Source: Kiritimatiellia bacterium
GTDB taxonomy: Bacteria > Verrucomicrobiota > Kiritimatiellia > RFP12 > UBA1067
NCBI GenBank assembly: GCA_045628545.1
Contig: JAZQPI010000012.1
Span: 1 to 61,824 of the forward strand
DNA length: 61,824 nt
Direction of reading: 5' to 3'
Position 1 is the first letter of the stretch; every line of letters begins with the position of its first letter. The position numbers were made by a program, and so were the translations under genes. A model generated the notes under the pieces. It was not told where the DNA came from and searched no databases. It worked only from the letters and a program-made list of their open reading frames with translations. Of the stretch, positions 36,033-45,563 are shown piece after piece.

Positions 36033-37858
36033 ACGAGGTTCTCCATAATGTAGTCCTTGCGTTCCGGCGTGTTCGCCCCCATGTAGAACTTGATCGTCTT
36101 CTCGACGTCCGAGTCGTCGGAACAGGTGACGGGCGTCAGGCGGATGTCCTTGCCGATGAAGCCCTTGAAGTCGTCCTTGTCGATCTCGCCGAGACCCTTG
36201 AAGCGCGTGATCTCGCAGCCCTTGCCGCACTTCTTGATCGCCGCCTCGCGCTCCTGGTCGGAATAGCAGAAGTAATGCTCCTTCTTGTTGCGAACCCGGA
36301 AGAGCGGCGTCTCCAGGATGAACACGCGTCCGTCGGTGATGAGCTGGCGGTAGAAGCGCATGAAGAACGTCGTCAGCAGCATCCGGATGTGGAGCCCGTC
36401 CACATCGGCGTCGGTCGCGAAGACGATCTTCGAGTAGCGGAGGTGGTCAAGCGTCTCCTCGATGTCGAGCGTCTTGATCATGTTGAAGAACTCCTCGTTC
36501 TTGTAGAGGACCTCCTTGCCGACGCCGAACGTGTTGAGCGGCTTGCCCTTCAGAAAGAACACCGCCTGCGTCATCGTGTCGCGGGCGAGGCCGAGCGTGC
36601 CGCCGGCGGACTGGCCCTCGGTGAGGAAGATCATCGTGTCGTCGCCCTCGGGCTTGCCGGTCTTCTTGTCGATCTTGTCGAGCCGGAGGTGGGTCTTGCA
36701 GTCCTTCAGCTGCGGGACGCGCACCGAGACCGCCTGCGAGCGCTCGCGGGCCTGCTTCTTGATGGTGTTGAGCTGCGAGCGGATCCTCCCCGTCTCCTCG
36801 ATCTTGGCGATGAGGCGGTCCGTCTCGGCGGGCGAACGGTGAAGCGCCGCCTCGATCTCCTTGCGCATCTCCTGGACGAGGTCGGCGCGGATGTCGTTCA
36901 TCACGAACTTGATCTTCGTCTGCCCTTCGAAGACCGGGTTCATGATGCGCAGGCTCACCGCGCCGATGAGCCCGTCGCGGATGTCGTCGCCGTCGAACTT
37001 CTTCTTCGCGTCGTAGTCGTTGAGCGCCTTCGTGAGCGCCTCCTTGAAGGCGGTCAGATGCGTGCCGCCGTCAGTCGTGTACTGTCCGTTGACGAACGAA
37101 TGGTACTCCTCCCCGAAGCGGTTCGTGTGGGTGAAGATGACTTCGAGGGTCTTCGTGCGGATGTGGAACGGCGCGTAGAGCTTCTCGAACTGGACCTCGT
37201 CGGAAATGAGGTCCGCGAGCCCGTGCTCGGAGCAGATGGACTGTCCGTTCAGGACGATCCGCAGCCCCGCGTTCACGTAGCAGTACATCTTCATGCGGCG
37301 CACGACGTGCTCTTCGCGCACCTTGAAGTGCTTCAGCACGGTGACGTCCGGCTTGTAGCGGATGAAGGTGCCGGATGGCTCGTCCCCCTTCAGCTTGCCG
37401 CGGCGCTTGGACTTCAGCCGGCCGGCCTCGAAATACGCCTCGCTGAACTCGCCGTCGCGGAAGGAGCGCACCTCGAAGAACTCCGAGAGGGCGTTCACGG
37501 CCTTCGTGCCGACGCCGTTCATGCCGGCGGAGAACTGGAAGGCGTCGGAATCGAACTTGCCGCCGGTGTTCATCTGGCTGACGCAGTCCACGACCTTGCC
37601 GAGCGGGATGCCGCGGCCGTAGTCCCGGACCGACACCTCGCCGGAATCGTAGTTGACGTTCACGTCGATCTTCTTGCCGCAGCCCATGACGAACTCGTCG
37701 ATCGAGTTGTCAATGACCTCCTTCATCAGGATGTAAATGCAGTCATGGTACATCGCGCCCGTCCCGGGTTCGCCGACATACATGCCGGGACGCAGGCGGA
37801 TATGCTCGACCGGATCGAGCGTCTTGATACTGGTATCACCGTAAGTCTCTGTCGCCAT
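36011..37858 (-). CDS. parE: DNA topoisomerase IV subunit B
   Basis: EHIRLRPGMY, EVIDNSIDE, DYGRGIP, TEGQSA, KGKPLN, TDADVDG.HI, RFKGLGE. Confidence 0.87.
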   Translation of the reverse strand: MATETYGDTSIKTLDPVEHIRLRPGMYVGEPGTGAMYHDCIYILMKEVIDNSIDEFVMGCGKKIDVNVNYDSGEVSVRDYGRGIPLGKVVDCVSQMNTGGKFDSDAFQFSAGMNGVGTKAVNALSEFFEVRSFRDGEFSEAYFEAGRLKSKRRGKLKGDEPSGTFIRYKPDVTVLKHFKVREEHVVRRMKMYCYVNAGLRIVLNGQSICSEHGLADLISDEVQFEKLYAPFHIRTKTLEVIFTHTNRFGEEYHSFVNGQYTTDGGTHLTAFKEALTKALNDYDAKKKFDGDDIRDGLIGAVSLRIMNPVFEGQTKIKFVMNDIRADLVQEMRKEIEAALHRSPAETDRLIAKIEETGRIRSQLNTIKKQARERSQAVSVRVPQLKDCKTHLRLDKIDKKTGKPEGDDTMIFLTEGQSAGGTLGLARDTMTQAVFFLKGKPLNTFGVGKEVLYKNEEFFNMIKTLDIEETLDHLRYSKIVFATDADVDGLHIRMLLTTFFMRFYRQLITDGRVFILETPLFRVRNKKEHYFCYSDQEREAAIKKCGKGCEITRFKGLGEIDKDDFKGFIGKDIRLTPVTCSDDSDVEKTIKFYMGANTPERKDYIMENLVCDSSEF

Positions 37859-37869
37859 AATAGTGGAGT

Positions 37870-37878
37870 ATTATATCA
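37870..37878 (-). promoter_or_regulatory. Extended -10 promoter (TGATATAAT) 11 nt upstream of the parE ATG
   Basis: Exact TGNTATAAT, with no SD between it and the ATG. Confidence 0.65.
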
Positions 37879-37897
37879 AATATCATTACCCTTGATG

Positions 37898-38242
37898 TCA
37901 CGGATAAATCGCCGAAACTGACGCCACGCCGGGCACGGCGCCGGTCTTCGTCACCGTGACGCGCACGGCCGTCGGCCGACAGCCCCCCGCCGCTTCAAGG
38001 CACGCTTCGTGCGCGAGCTTCGCCGCCCGCTCGACCATCCGGCAGCGCGCCGCGACCAGCCGGGCGCGGACGCGCTCCGCCAGCGCCGCGTAATCGACCG
38101 TGTCAGCGAGATCGTCCGTGTCGGCGACGCGGTCCGGCAGCTCCAGCTCGACATCGACCAACAGCCGCTGCAGCCGGTCGCGTTCGTCGGGCAGATCCCC
38201 GATGACGCAGTCGACCGCAATGCCGTTGACCTCCAGCCGCAT
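37898..38242 (-). CDS. folB: Dihydroneopterin aldolase
   Basis: IG....ER...Q...VD, DDLADTVDY, MVE..A, V.V.K. Confidence 0.85.
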   Translation of the reverse strand: MRLEVNGIAVDCVIGDLPDERDRLQRLLVDVELELPDRVADTDDLADTVDYAALAERVRARLVAARCRMVERAAKLAHEACLEAAGGCRPTAVRVTVTKTGAVPGVASVSAIYP

Positions 38243-38252
38243 GTTCCTCCCC

Positions 38253-38816
38253 TCAGCCGATGCCCCATTCCGCCAGCGGCTCCACCGGCAGGCCCATGAT
38301 GTTCTCGTAGCTGCCGTCGTAAGCGGCGACGATCAAGTCGCCGGACTCGTCGATGTCGTAGGCGCCGGCGCGGTCCGTCGGACGCACCCGCTCGACATAG
38401 GCGTCGATCTGCTCCGGCGTCAGGTTCCGGAAGGTCACGCGGGACTCGACCACGCGCACGTCGCCGTCGAACGCGACGCCCGTGTAGACGACGTGGGTCT
38501 GGCCGCTCAGTTCGCGCAGGAACTCGCGCGCCTCGTCAAGATCGCGCGGCTTGCCGTAAATGCGGTTGCCGAACCAGACGATCGTGTCCGCTGAAAGGAC
38601 GTGGACCGCCTCGCCGGCGTGACGGCCGGCTACGGCGCGGCCCTTGGCCAGGGCGTTTTCGCGCACGGTGCGCGAGGGGTCCTCCGGATACGAAACCTCC
38701 GGCGCGTCGGACTTCTCGACCGTGAAGCGGACACCGCGTCCGCCCAGGATCTTGACCCGCCGCGGCGAACCGCTGGCCAGGATCAGCCGTCCGCCGTCGA
38801 ACCGAACCGCCGCCAT
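38253..38816 (-). CDS. maf: Maf-family nucleoside triphosphate pyrophosphatase
   Basis: LILASGSPRR, ADTIV, GKP, LSGQTH.V.TG, D.AGAY, N.MGLP. Confidence 0.92.
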   Translation of the reverse strand: MAAVRFDGGRLILASGSPRRVKILGGRGVRFTVEKSDAPEVSYPEDPSRTVRENALAKGRAVAGRHAGEAVHVLSADTIVWFGNRIYGKPRDLDEAREFLRELSGQTHVVYTGVAFDGDVRVVESRVTFRNLTPEQIDAYVERVRPTDRAGAYDIDESGDLIVAAYDGSYENIMGLPVEPLAEWGIG

Positions 38817-38823
38817 GTCCGCC

Positions 38824-40188
38824 TCAGCCGAAGAACGCCTTGTAGAGGGCGCGCACGGCGTTGTCGCGGTCCGCCTGGCGGATGGCGATCATGAACGAGA
38901 CCTCGCTCGAACCCTGGTTCACCATCGACATGGAGATGCCCGCCGACGCCAGCGCGAGGCAGGCCTTGGCGAACATGCCGGCCGTGTAGCACATGCCCTC
39001 GCCGACGATCATCAGGATCGTCAGGTCGCGCTCGATGGCGACGTAGTCCGGCGAAAGCTCCCGGCGGATCGCCTCGATGACGCGGCGCTCCTTCTCCTTG
39101 GGCAGGAACTGGCCCTTCACCACCACGCACTGCGAGTCAACGCCCGACGGCATGTGTTCGTAGGCGATGCCCTCGTCCTCCAGCACCTGCAGCAGCCGGC
39201 GCCCGAAGCCGATCTCGCGGTTCATGAGGTACTTCTCGACGACGATGTTCACGAAGCCGTCCGCCGAGGCGATGCCGACGACCGTGCCGGGGATCACGCG
39301 GCGGGACTGGAGGATCATCGTGCCCGGCTCGGACGGCCGGTTGGTGTTGCGGACGTTGATCGGGATGCGCGCGCGCACGGCGGGAATGACAGCGTCGTCA
39401 TTGAACACGCCGAAACCGGCGTAGGCCAGTTCGCGCATTTCGCGGTAGGTCATCGTCGCGATGCCTTCGCCTTCCTTCACTTCCGGGACGATGCGCGGAT
39501 CGCAGGGATAGACCGAATCGACGTCCGTGAAGTTCTCGTACACGTCCGCGCAAACCGCCGCCGCCAGAATGGAGCCGGTGATGTCCGAACCGCCGCGGGG
39601 GAAGGTCGCGACCTTGCCCTCGCGCGTGTAGCCGAAGAAGCCGGGGTAGATGACGATGCCGTCGAAGTTGGAGAAGGCGCGGCTAAGGGTCGCGTAGCTC
39701 GAAGGGTCGAGCGTCGCGTCGCCGAACTTGCCGGTCAGAATCATGCCGGTGTCTTTCGGCGAGGCGTAGCGGGCCTTCTTGCCGCGGGCGGAAAACGCCA
39801 CGGCGACGAGCTTGGCGCAGTTGTCCTCGCCCGCGGCCTTCATCAAATCCATGAACTCGGCCGGATCCAGCGAGGAGGCCTGGGCGAGGCGGCACTTGAG
39901 GTCCGCCTCGATGTCGTGGATGATGTCTTCGCCCAGACGGAGCTCCTGGGCCATCTCCGCGTAGCGTTCGACGACCGTTCCGAACTGACGGTCGGTGTTC
40001 TCGCCCTTTTGCGCGGCCGTCGCCAGGGCGATCAGGAGGTCCGTGACCTTCGTGTCGCCGCTCTGGCGCTTGCCCGGGGCCGACACGACGACGATGCGCC
40101 GCGCCGGATCCGCCAGGACGATGTCGATCACCTTGTTGAGCTGCGCCGCGTTCGCGAGCGAACTACCGCCGAATTTGCAGACTTTCAT
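38824..40188 (-). CDS. lysC: Aspartate kinase
   Basis: VCKFGGSS, VVVSAPGKR, RGGSDITG, TDVD, DPRIV, two ACT domains. Confidence 0.92.
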   Translation of the reverse strand: MKVCKFGGSSLANAAQLNKVIDIVLADPARRIVVVSAPGKRQSGDTKVTDLLIALATAAQKGENTDRQFGTVVERYAEMAQELRLGEDIIHDIEADLKCRLAQASSLDPAEFMDLMKAAGEDNCAKLVAVAFSARGKKARYASPKDTGMILTGKFGDATLDPSSYATLSRAFSNFDGIVIYPGFFGYTREGKVATFPRGGSDITGSILAAAVCADVYENFTDVDSVYPCDPRIVPEVKEGEGIATMTYREMRELAYAGFGVFNDDAVIPAVRARIPINVRNTNRPSEPGTMILQSRRVIPGTVVGIASADGFVNIVVEKYLMNREIGFGRRLLQVLEDEGIAYEHMPSGVDSQCVVVKGQFLPKEKERRVIEAIRRELSPDYVAIERDLTILMIVGEGMCYTAGMFAKACLALASAGISMSMVNQGSSEVSFMIAIRQADRDNAVRALYKAFFG

Positions 40189-40233
40189 GATTCTTCGAGA
40201 TTTGGATTTTCGTTAAAATGCAGTTGGCGCGCC

Positions 40234-41529
40234 TTACATCATGCGCAGCCGGACCGGATCGTCGGCGATGACGCCGGACTCCTTGATCTCCGCCAGGGCC
40301 TGGTCGAGTTCCGCCGCCTTCGCCATGTGCGTGAGCATGACCACGGGGACGGGCTGGTTGCCCTGCGCGCTCGCCTTCTGCGACGCCGCCGAAATCGAGA
40401 TGCCGTGCCGGCCGAGCGCCGTCGCCACGACGCCCATCGCGCCCGGACGGTCCGCCAGCATGAAGCGCAGATAGTACTTCGAGACCATCTCGCCCGGCGC
40501 GCGCAGCTGCACCTGGCCTTCCGCGTAGTCAGGCACGCCGCGCACCCAGCGCGTCTCGCCGTGGGCGAGGTTGCGGGCGATGTCGCCGATGTCTCCGACG
40601 ACCGTCGACGCGGTGGGCTGACGCCCCGCGCCCCGGCCGTAGTACATCGTGTAGTCGCTCATGTCGCCCTTCACCCACGCCGCGTTGAACGCGTCGTTCA
40701 CGCTCGCGAGCATGTGGTCCATCGGCACGAGCGTCGGACCGACCCCGATCTCCACCTCGTCGCCGACCTTGGCCACCCGCGCGAGCAGTTTGATGCGATA
40801 GCCGAAATCGGCCGCATAGCGCACGTCCTCGCCCGCCAGGTGGCGGATGCCGCGGACATCGAGCTCGTCCACCTTCGGCTGGAAGCCGTACGCCAGCGCC
40901 GCCAGGATGCAGGCCTTGTGCGCCGTGTCGAAGCCGTCGATGTCGAGCGACGGATTCGCCTCGGCGTAGCCGAGCCGCTGCGCGTCCTTCAGGACGACGT
41001 CGAACGGCAGACCCTCGTTCTCCATGCGCGTCAGAATGTAGTTGCAAGTTCCGTTGAGGATGCCGTGGATGGACTCGATCCCGTTGCCGGACAGGCCCTC
41101 GCGCAACACGCGGATGATCGGGATGCCGCCGCCGACGGAAGCGCCGAAATAGATGTCGACACCGTTCTCTTTGGCCGTATCGAAAATCTCCTTCCCGCAT
41201 TCGGCGAGGAGCTTCTTGTTCGCCGTGACCACGCACTTGCCGGCCTTGAGCGCCTCCAGGACGAACGTCCGCGCAATGCCCGTGCCGCCGATCGTCTCGA
41301 CGACGATCTGGACCTCGGGGTCGGAGAGGACGGCCTTCGCGTCCGTCGTCAGCACGCCCGCCGGCACCGCGACGCCGCGGTCGGTCGTAATGTCGAGGTC
41401 GGCGATGCGACGCAGGACGATATCGACGTCCAGCCGCTTGGCCATGACCTCGCGATGCTTCAACAGGCCGTCCGCAACTCCCGCGCCGACGGTCCCGAAT
41501 CCCAGGATTCCCACTCCGATCTGCTTCAT
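40234..41529 (-). CDS. hom: Homoserine dehydrogenase with ACT domain
   Basis: GILGFGTVG, VVTANK, SVGGGIP, GILNGTCNYIL, GYAEANP..DI.G.D, YG.GAG..PTA. Confidence 0.95.
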   Translation of the reverse strand: MKQIGVGILGFGTVGAGVADGLLKHREVMAKRLDVDIVLRRIADLDITTDRGVAVPAGVLTTDAKAVLSDPEVQIVVETIGGTGIARTFVLEALKAGKCVVTANKKLLAECGKEIFDTAKENGVDIYFGASVGGGIPIIRVLREGLSGNGIESIHGILNGTCNYILTRMENEGLPFDVVLKDAQRLGYAEANPSLDIDGFDTAHKACILAALAYGFQPKVDELDVRGIRHLAGEDVRYAADFGYRIKLLARVAKVGDEVEIGVGPTLVPMDHMLASVNDAFNAAWVKGDMSDYTMYYGRGAGRQPTASTVVGDIGDIARNLAHGETRWVRGVPDYAEGQVQLRAPGEMVSKYYLRFMLADRPGAMGVVATALGRHGISISAASQKASAQGNQPVPVVMLTHMAKAAELDQALAEIKESGVIADDPVRLRMM

Positions 41530-41568
41530 CTTCTTGTTCGCCTCTCCTGTAGTTGAACTTAGCGTAGT

Positions 41569-41577
41569 ATTATATCA
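41569..41577 (-). promoter_or_regulatory. Extended -10 promoter element (TGATATAAT) for hom-lysC-maf-folB
   Basis: Exact TGNTATAAT, with an AGGAG RBS downstream before the ATG at 41529. Confidence 0.65.
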
Positions 41578-41591
41578 AAATCCAATGCCAT

Positions 41592-41613
41592 CGGCGGAAG
41601 GATTTTTCTCCGC
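41592..41613. terminator. Small hairpin between the FAD oxidoreductase gene and the hom promoter
   Basis: GGCGGA/TCCGCC stem; no convincing U-tract. Confidence 0.3.
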
Positions 41614-41717
41614 CAGCGGGCGGCCCCTCGAACTCCCAGCTTCAGGAAGACCGAGTGGGACGTATGACGGACGAACTCGCCGACAAACCACAGGACGCAA
41701 CCCTGCCGAGGCAAAAC

Positions 41718-43427
41718 TTAAGGGATGGCTTTCTTGGCGACCAGCCGCTGGCCGTCGATCCGCAGGTGCGCCGAAAGCACCGCGTAGGGAACGTCCTGAA
41801 CCGCCAGGCCGTCCTTCGCCGCCAGCGCGGCCGCCGTGGCGGCCGATTCGCCGAGAATCATGAAGACCGGCTCCATCCGGATCGAGCCGAACGACGCATG
41901 CGTCGCCGACACCGCGACCGGCACGAGCAGATTGCCGCAGGTGCCGCGCTTCGGCACGATCGCGCCGTAGTCAATGCCGTACGGACCCTTGGGAGACACT
42001 CCGATATCCCCTTCGTTCTGGACATATCCCTCGGCCGTCACGTACCGGCGGACGTTGTGCGAGTCGAGGCAGTACGACCCCATGCCGACAGAACCGTAGG
42101 CGCGGCCCTGGGCCGGATGGCGCGGCTCGGCCATGCAGTCGTGTTCCGTGATGACGTATTCGCCGACCATCCGCCTCCCTTCGCGCACGTAGATGCTGTA
42201 CGGCCAGCCGCCGTTGTCGACGAACTCGTCCTTGGCGAGGCCCCATTTCGACATCGCCTCCCGCACCTCCGCCGGCACCGCCGGATCGGTGCAGAGGAAG
42301 TAGTAAAGCCCCATCTGGTAGTTGCGGTGCTCCCGCGCCAGCTCCGCACGACGCTCGTACGTCGCCTCCGGCCACTCGTCGCTGCCGCCGAGATAGTCCG
42401 CGTTAAACGGCCCGTGATTGTTCGTGTCCGTCTTGTGATTCGCGATACGGTCGAACTTCACGAAAGTTTCGTCGAAACCTTGCGCGTAGACGCGCCGCAG
42501 GATTTCATAGCGGTCGGGATCGTAGCCCTCGGGCTTCGCGAAGGGAATGCGGTTACGGGGATCGTCGGTCATGCACATGCGGTAGCAGTAGGCCTGGACA
42601 CGGCGGTCGCCCTGTCCGCGCACCCCCGGCACCGAGTTCCCGACTTCGGCGCAGAGCCCGCTCGACGGATCGCCCGGCACCTTGTAGGGCGAGACCTTCC
42701 AGTCACGGAAGTGGTGCCAGTGATGAAGAATGCCGACCTGGTTGCCGTTCCACCGCTCGCCGAATTCCGCGCAGTCCTCGCGCCCCACGCGATACGGCAC
42801 GCCAGCCGCCGCCATCAGGTCGCCCTCGTAGGTCGCGTCGATGAAATAACGCCCGACGTAGACCGTGCCGGAAAGCGTGGCGATCGAGGCGATCCGTCCG
42901 TCCTTCAGCGTAACGCCATGTTCGCGGTCAAGCCATTCGCCGCGCCGGATCTCGACCTTGCGCTCGGCGAGCCACTCCGCGAAGACCTGCTCGGCGACGT
43001 GCGGCTCGAACGTCCACATCGTCTTCTCCTTGTGGTCAATCGCCGCCGTGTCCTGTCCGTCGGACTTGAAGTCCTCCATCTTCTGCCATTTCCACGCCTC
43101 GGGACGCTGATAGGCGCGGTAGATGCGGCGATAGAAGTCGCGGGCGAGGCCGCCGATGGCGGAGGTGTTGCCGGAGTCGGTGAAACCGAGCCCCGATACG
43201 GACAGTCCGCCGATATGCCGCTCGGGCGAGACGATAATCGGCTTCATCCCCATGTCGGCCGCCTTAATTGCCGCAGTGACTGCCGCCGGCGAACTGCCGT
43301 AGATGACCAGATCGGCGGTGACGGTCTCCACATCAGGCGTCAACGCGCATCCGATCGGCAGCACGGCCGCGGCGACCAGCGCAACCGTCATCGCCACCAT
43401 CGTCAAACATTTACTGTTCATGCTCAT
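41718..43427 (-). CDS. Exported FAD-dependent oxidoreductase (FAD_oxidored family)
   Basis: DLVIYGSSPAA, HIGGL...GLG..D, FEPHVAE, FIDATYEGDL, YVREGRRM, SATH..FGSIRMEP; signal/lipoprotein-like N-terminus; GGAGG before the ATG at 43427. Confidence 0.8.
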   Translation of the reverse strand: MSMNSKCLTMVAMTVALVAAAVLPIGCALTPDVETVTADLVIYGSSPAAVTAAIKAADMGMKPIIVSPERHIGGLSVSGLGFTDSGNTSAIGGLARDFYRRIYRAYQRPEAWKWQKMEDFKSDGQDTAAIDHKEKTMWTFEPHVAEQVFAEWLAERKVEIRRGEWLDREHGVTLKDGRIASIATLSGTVYVGRYFIDATYEGDLMAAAGVPYRVGREDCAEFGERWNGNQVGILHHWHHFRDWKVSPYKVPGDPSSGLCAEVGNSVPGVRGQGDRRVQAYCYRMCMTDDPRNRIPFAKPEGYDPDRYEILRRVYAQGFDETFVKFDRIANHKTDTNNHGPFNADYLGGSDEWPEATYERRAELAREHRNYQMGLYYFLCTDPAVPAEVREAMSKWGLAKDEFVDNGGWPYSIYVREGRRMVGEYVITEHDCMAEPRHPAQGRAYGSVGMGSYCLDSHNVRRYVTAEGYVQNEGDIGVSPKGPYGIDYGAIVPKRGTCGNLLVPVAVSATHASFGSIRMEPVFMILGESAATAAALAAKDGLAVQDVPYAVLSAHLRIDGQRLVAKKAIP

Positions 43428-43509
43428 TTTTTCCTCCATTTTGTCAGTGTTTGCTCTCAACAGTCGGTCATTCAAACTTGCAATATGCCGAAGATCAAAC
43501 CGCCAGTTT

Positions 43510-43803
43510 TCAACTCGGGAAGAGGCGGTCGAGGATCTGCTCGGCCGGGGTGTAGGCCTGCTTGCGGTTGTTGCATTCCTTGCAGCACGGCACGCAGTTG
43601 CCGCGCGTCGACCTGCCGCCCCGCGCCACGGGAATCACATGGTCGAGCGTCAGCTTCTCCGCCCCGACCTTCTTGCCGCAGTAATGGCACACCCCCTTGG
43701 CGATCTGCGCGCGCCACCAGTCCGTCTGGCGCAGCTCCCGCGCCCGCGCCCGCTCGCGGCGCACGTGCGCAGGGTCAGGGTTGAGATCCAGCCAGTCCGC
43801 CAT
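43510..43803 (-). CDS. Small stand-alone HNH endonuclease
   Basis: CHYC...TLDHVIPVARGG.S...N.V.CC..CNNRK. Confidence 0.88.
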   Translation of the reverse strand: MADWLDLNPDPAHVRRERARARELRQTDWWRAQIAKGVCHYCGKKVGAEKLTLDHVIPVARGGRSTRGNCVPCCKECNNRKQAYTPAEQILDRLFPS

Positions 43804-43815
43804 CGTCCGCAGCCC

Positions 43816-45246
43816 TCAGTTCCGGATCAGCTCGAACGCCCGCGACAGGCGCAGGAGCTTCGCCTCTTCGAACGCGCCGCAGATGAACTGCACGCCGACC
43901 GGCAGCTTCGTGTCGGCGGTGAACCCCGCCGGCACGGACGACGCGCACACGCCCGCCAGGGCCGAGGGAATCGTGAAGAGGTCGTTCAGGTACATCGTCA
44001 GCGGATCCTGCAGCTCGCCGAACCGGAAGGCCGGCGTCGGCGCACAGGGCGCGAGCAGCGCGTCGCACTTCGCGAACGCCGCGGCGAAATCGCGCGTGAT
44101 GAGCGTACGCACCTTCTGGGCGCGCCCGTAGTAGGCGTCGTAATAGCCCGAGGAGAGCACGTAGGTCCCCATGATGATGCGCCGCTTGACTTCGGGCCCG
44201 AAACCCTCCGAGCGGCTCTTCGTGTAAAGCGAGAGGACGTCCGTCGCCTGGGCGCTGCGGTGTCCGTAACGGACGCCGTCGAACCGCGCCAGGTTCGCGC
44301 TCGCCTCGGCCGGAGCGATGATGTAGTAGACGGCCATTGCATACTCGGTATGCGGCAGCGACACCTCCACCAGCTCCGCGCCGGCCGCCTCGCACTTGCG
44401 CAGCGCGGCGTCAGTCAGGCGCTTGACCTCGGGGTCCATCCCCTTCACGTCGAAATACTCCTTGGCGACGCCGATGCGCACGCCCTTCATCGTCGCGCCG
44501 TCCAGCGCGGCGAGATAGTCCGGAACCGGCTCGTCCGGCGTGGTGCCGTCCATCTCGTCGTGACCCGCCAGCGCCTGCAGCAGGACGGCGGCGTCTTCGA
44601 CCGACTTCGTCATCGGGCCGACCTGGTCGAGAGAGCTCGCGAACGCAGTCACTCCGTAGCGGCTGACACGGCCGTAGCTCGGCTTCACCCCGACGCAGTT
44701 GCAGAAGCTCGCCGGCTGGCGGATCGACCCGCCCGTGTCGCTGCCCAGCGCCGCGATGGCGAGATTGCCGCCGACCGCCGCGGCGCTGCCGCCCGACGAC
44801 CCGCCCGGCACGCGCCCCGTGTCGTAGGGGTTGCGCGTCACGCCCAGCGCCGAATTCTCGGTCGACGAGCCCATTGCGAACTCGTCCATGTTGACCCGTC
44901 CCGCCGGAATGAACCCCGCCGCGCGGACATTGCGGATGACCGTCGCGTCATAGGGCGAGACATAGCCCCGGAGGATCTTCGACGCGCAGGTACACGGCTG
45001 GCCCTTCACGTTGATGAGGTCCTTGATGGCGAGCGGCACGCCGGCCGACGCGCCGCTCGCACGGGCCGCGTCGGCTGCGGCTGCTTCCGCCAGCGCGCCC
45101 TCCTCGTCAAACGTCAGATAAGCGCCGATCTCCCCGTCCCGCGCGTGGACGCGGTCGATGACCGACCGCATCAGCTCGACGCTCGAGAACTCGCCCTTGC
45201 GCAGTCCCTCCTGCGCCGCCCGAATGCCCAGTTCGTAAAGTTCCAT
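43816..45246 (-). CDS. gatA: Asp/Glu-tRNA amidotransferase subunit A
   Basis: AIKD, NMDEFAMGSSTE, PGGSSGGSAAAV, GSDTGGSIRQPA, GFG.EVKRRI..GTYVLS.GYYDAYY. Confidence 0.97.
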   Translation of the reverse strand: MELYELGIRAAQEGLRKGEFSSVELMRSVIDRVHARDGEIGAYLTFDEEGALAEAAAADAARASGASAGVPLAIKDLINVKGQPCTCASKILRGYVSPYDATVIRNVRAAGFIPAGRVNMDEFAMGSSTENSALGVTRNPYDTGRVPGGSSGGSAAAVGGNLAIAALGSDTGGSIRQPASFCNCVGVKPSYGRVSRYGVTAFASSLDQVGPMTKSVEDAAVLLQALAGHDEMDGTTPDEPVPDYLAALDGATMKGVRIGVAKEYFDVKGMDPEVKRLTDAALRKCEAAGAELVEVSLPHTEYAMAVYYIIAPAEASANLARFDGVRYGHRSAQATDVLSLYTKSRSEGFGPEVKRRIIMGTYVLSSGYYDAYYGRAQKVRTLITRDFAAAFAKCDALLAPCAPTPAFRFGELQDPLTMYLNDLFTIPSALAGVCASSVPAGFTADTKLPVGVQFICGAFEEAKLLRLSRAFELIRN

Positions 45247-45255
45247 GGTCTCTCC

Positions 45256-45546
45256 TCAGCTTTCGGCGCCTTCGACGATCTTGGGCAGCAGGAACTCGTC
45301 CCCGACCCGGTTCGGCGCGTTCCCGAGCGCCGTCTCGACGTCGAGGGACGGACGCACCACGTCCTCGCGGAAGGCGTTCGCCAGCGCGCGGCCGTGCATC
45401 ATCGGCTCGATGCCCTCGACATCCACTTCGGAAATCTTCTCCACGTACTTGACGATCCCCTCCAGCTGCGGCTGGAAGGTCGCCGCCTCGTCCGCCGAAA
45501 GCTCCAGACGGGCCAGGTCGCTCACGTACTTCACGTCGATCTTCAT
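45256..45546 (-). CDS. gatC: Asp/Glu-tRNA amidotransferase subunit C
   Basis: V..LARLEL, VD.EG.EP, REDVV, L.NAP, F..PKI; directly upstream of gatA. Confidence 0.92.
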   Translation of the reverse strand: MKIDVKYVSDLARLELSADEAATFQPQLEGIVKYVEKISEVDVEGIEPMMHGRALANAFREDVVRPSLDVETALGNAPNRVGDEFLLPKIVEGAES

Positions 45547-45563
45547 TTCAGGCCCCCTTTCGC

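Noticed and set aside
41614-41717. GC-rich intergenic stretch as a possible ncRNA or riboswitch upstream of hom
   Set aside because: It lies upstream of the hom -10 element, so outside the leader, and I recognise no lysine, SAM, T-box or 6S motifs. An Rfam scan would settle it.
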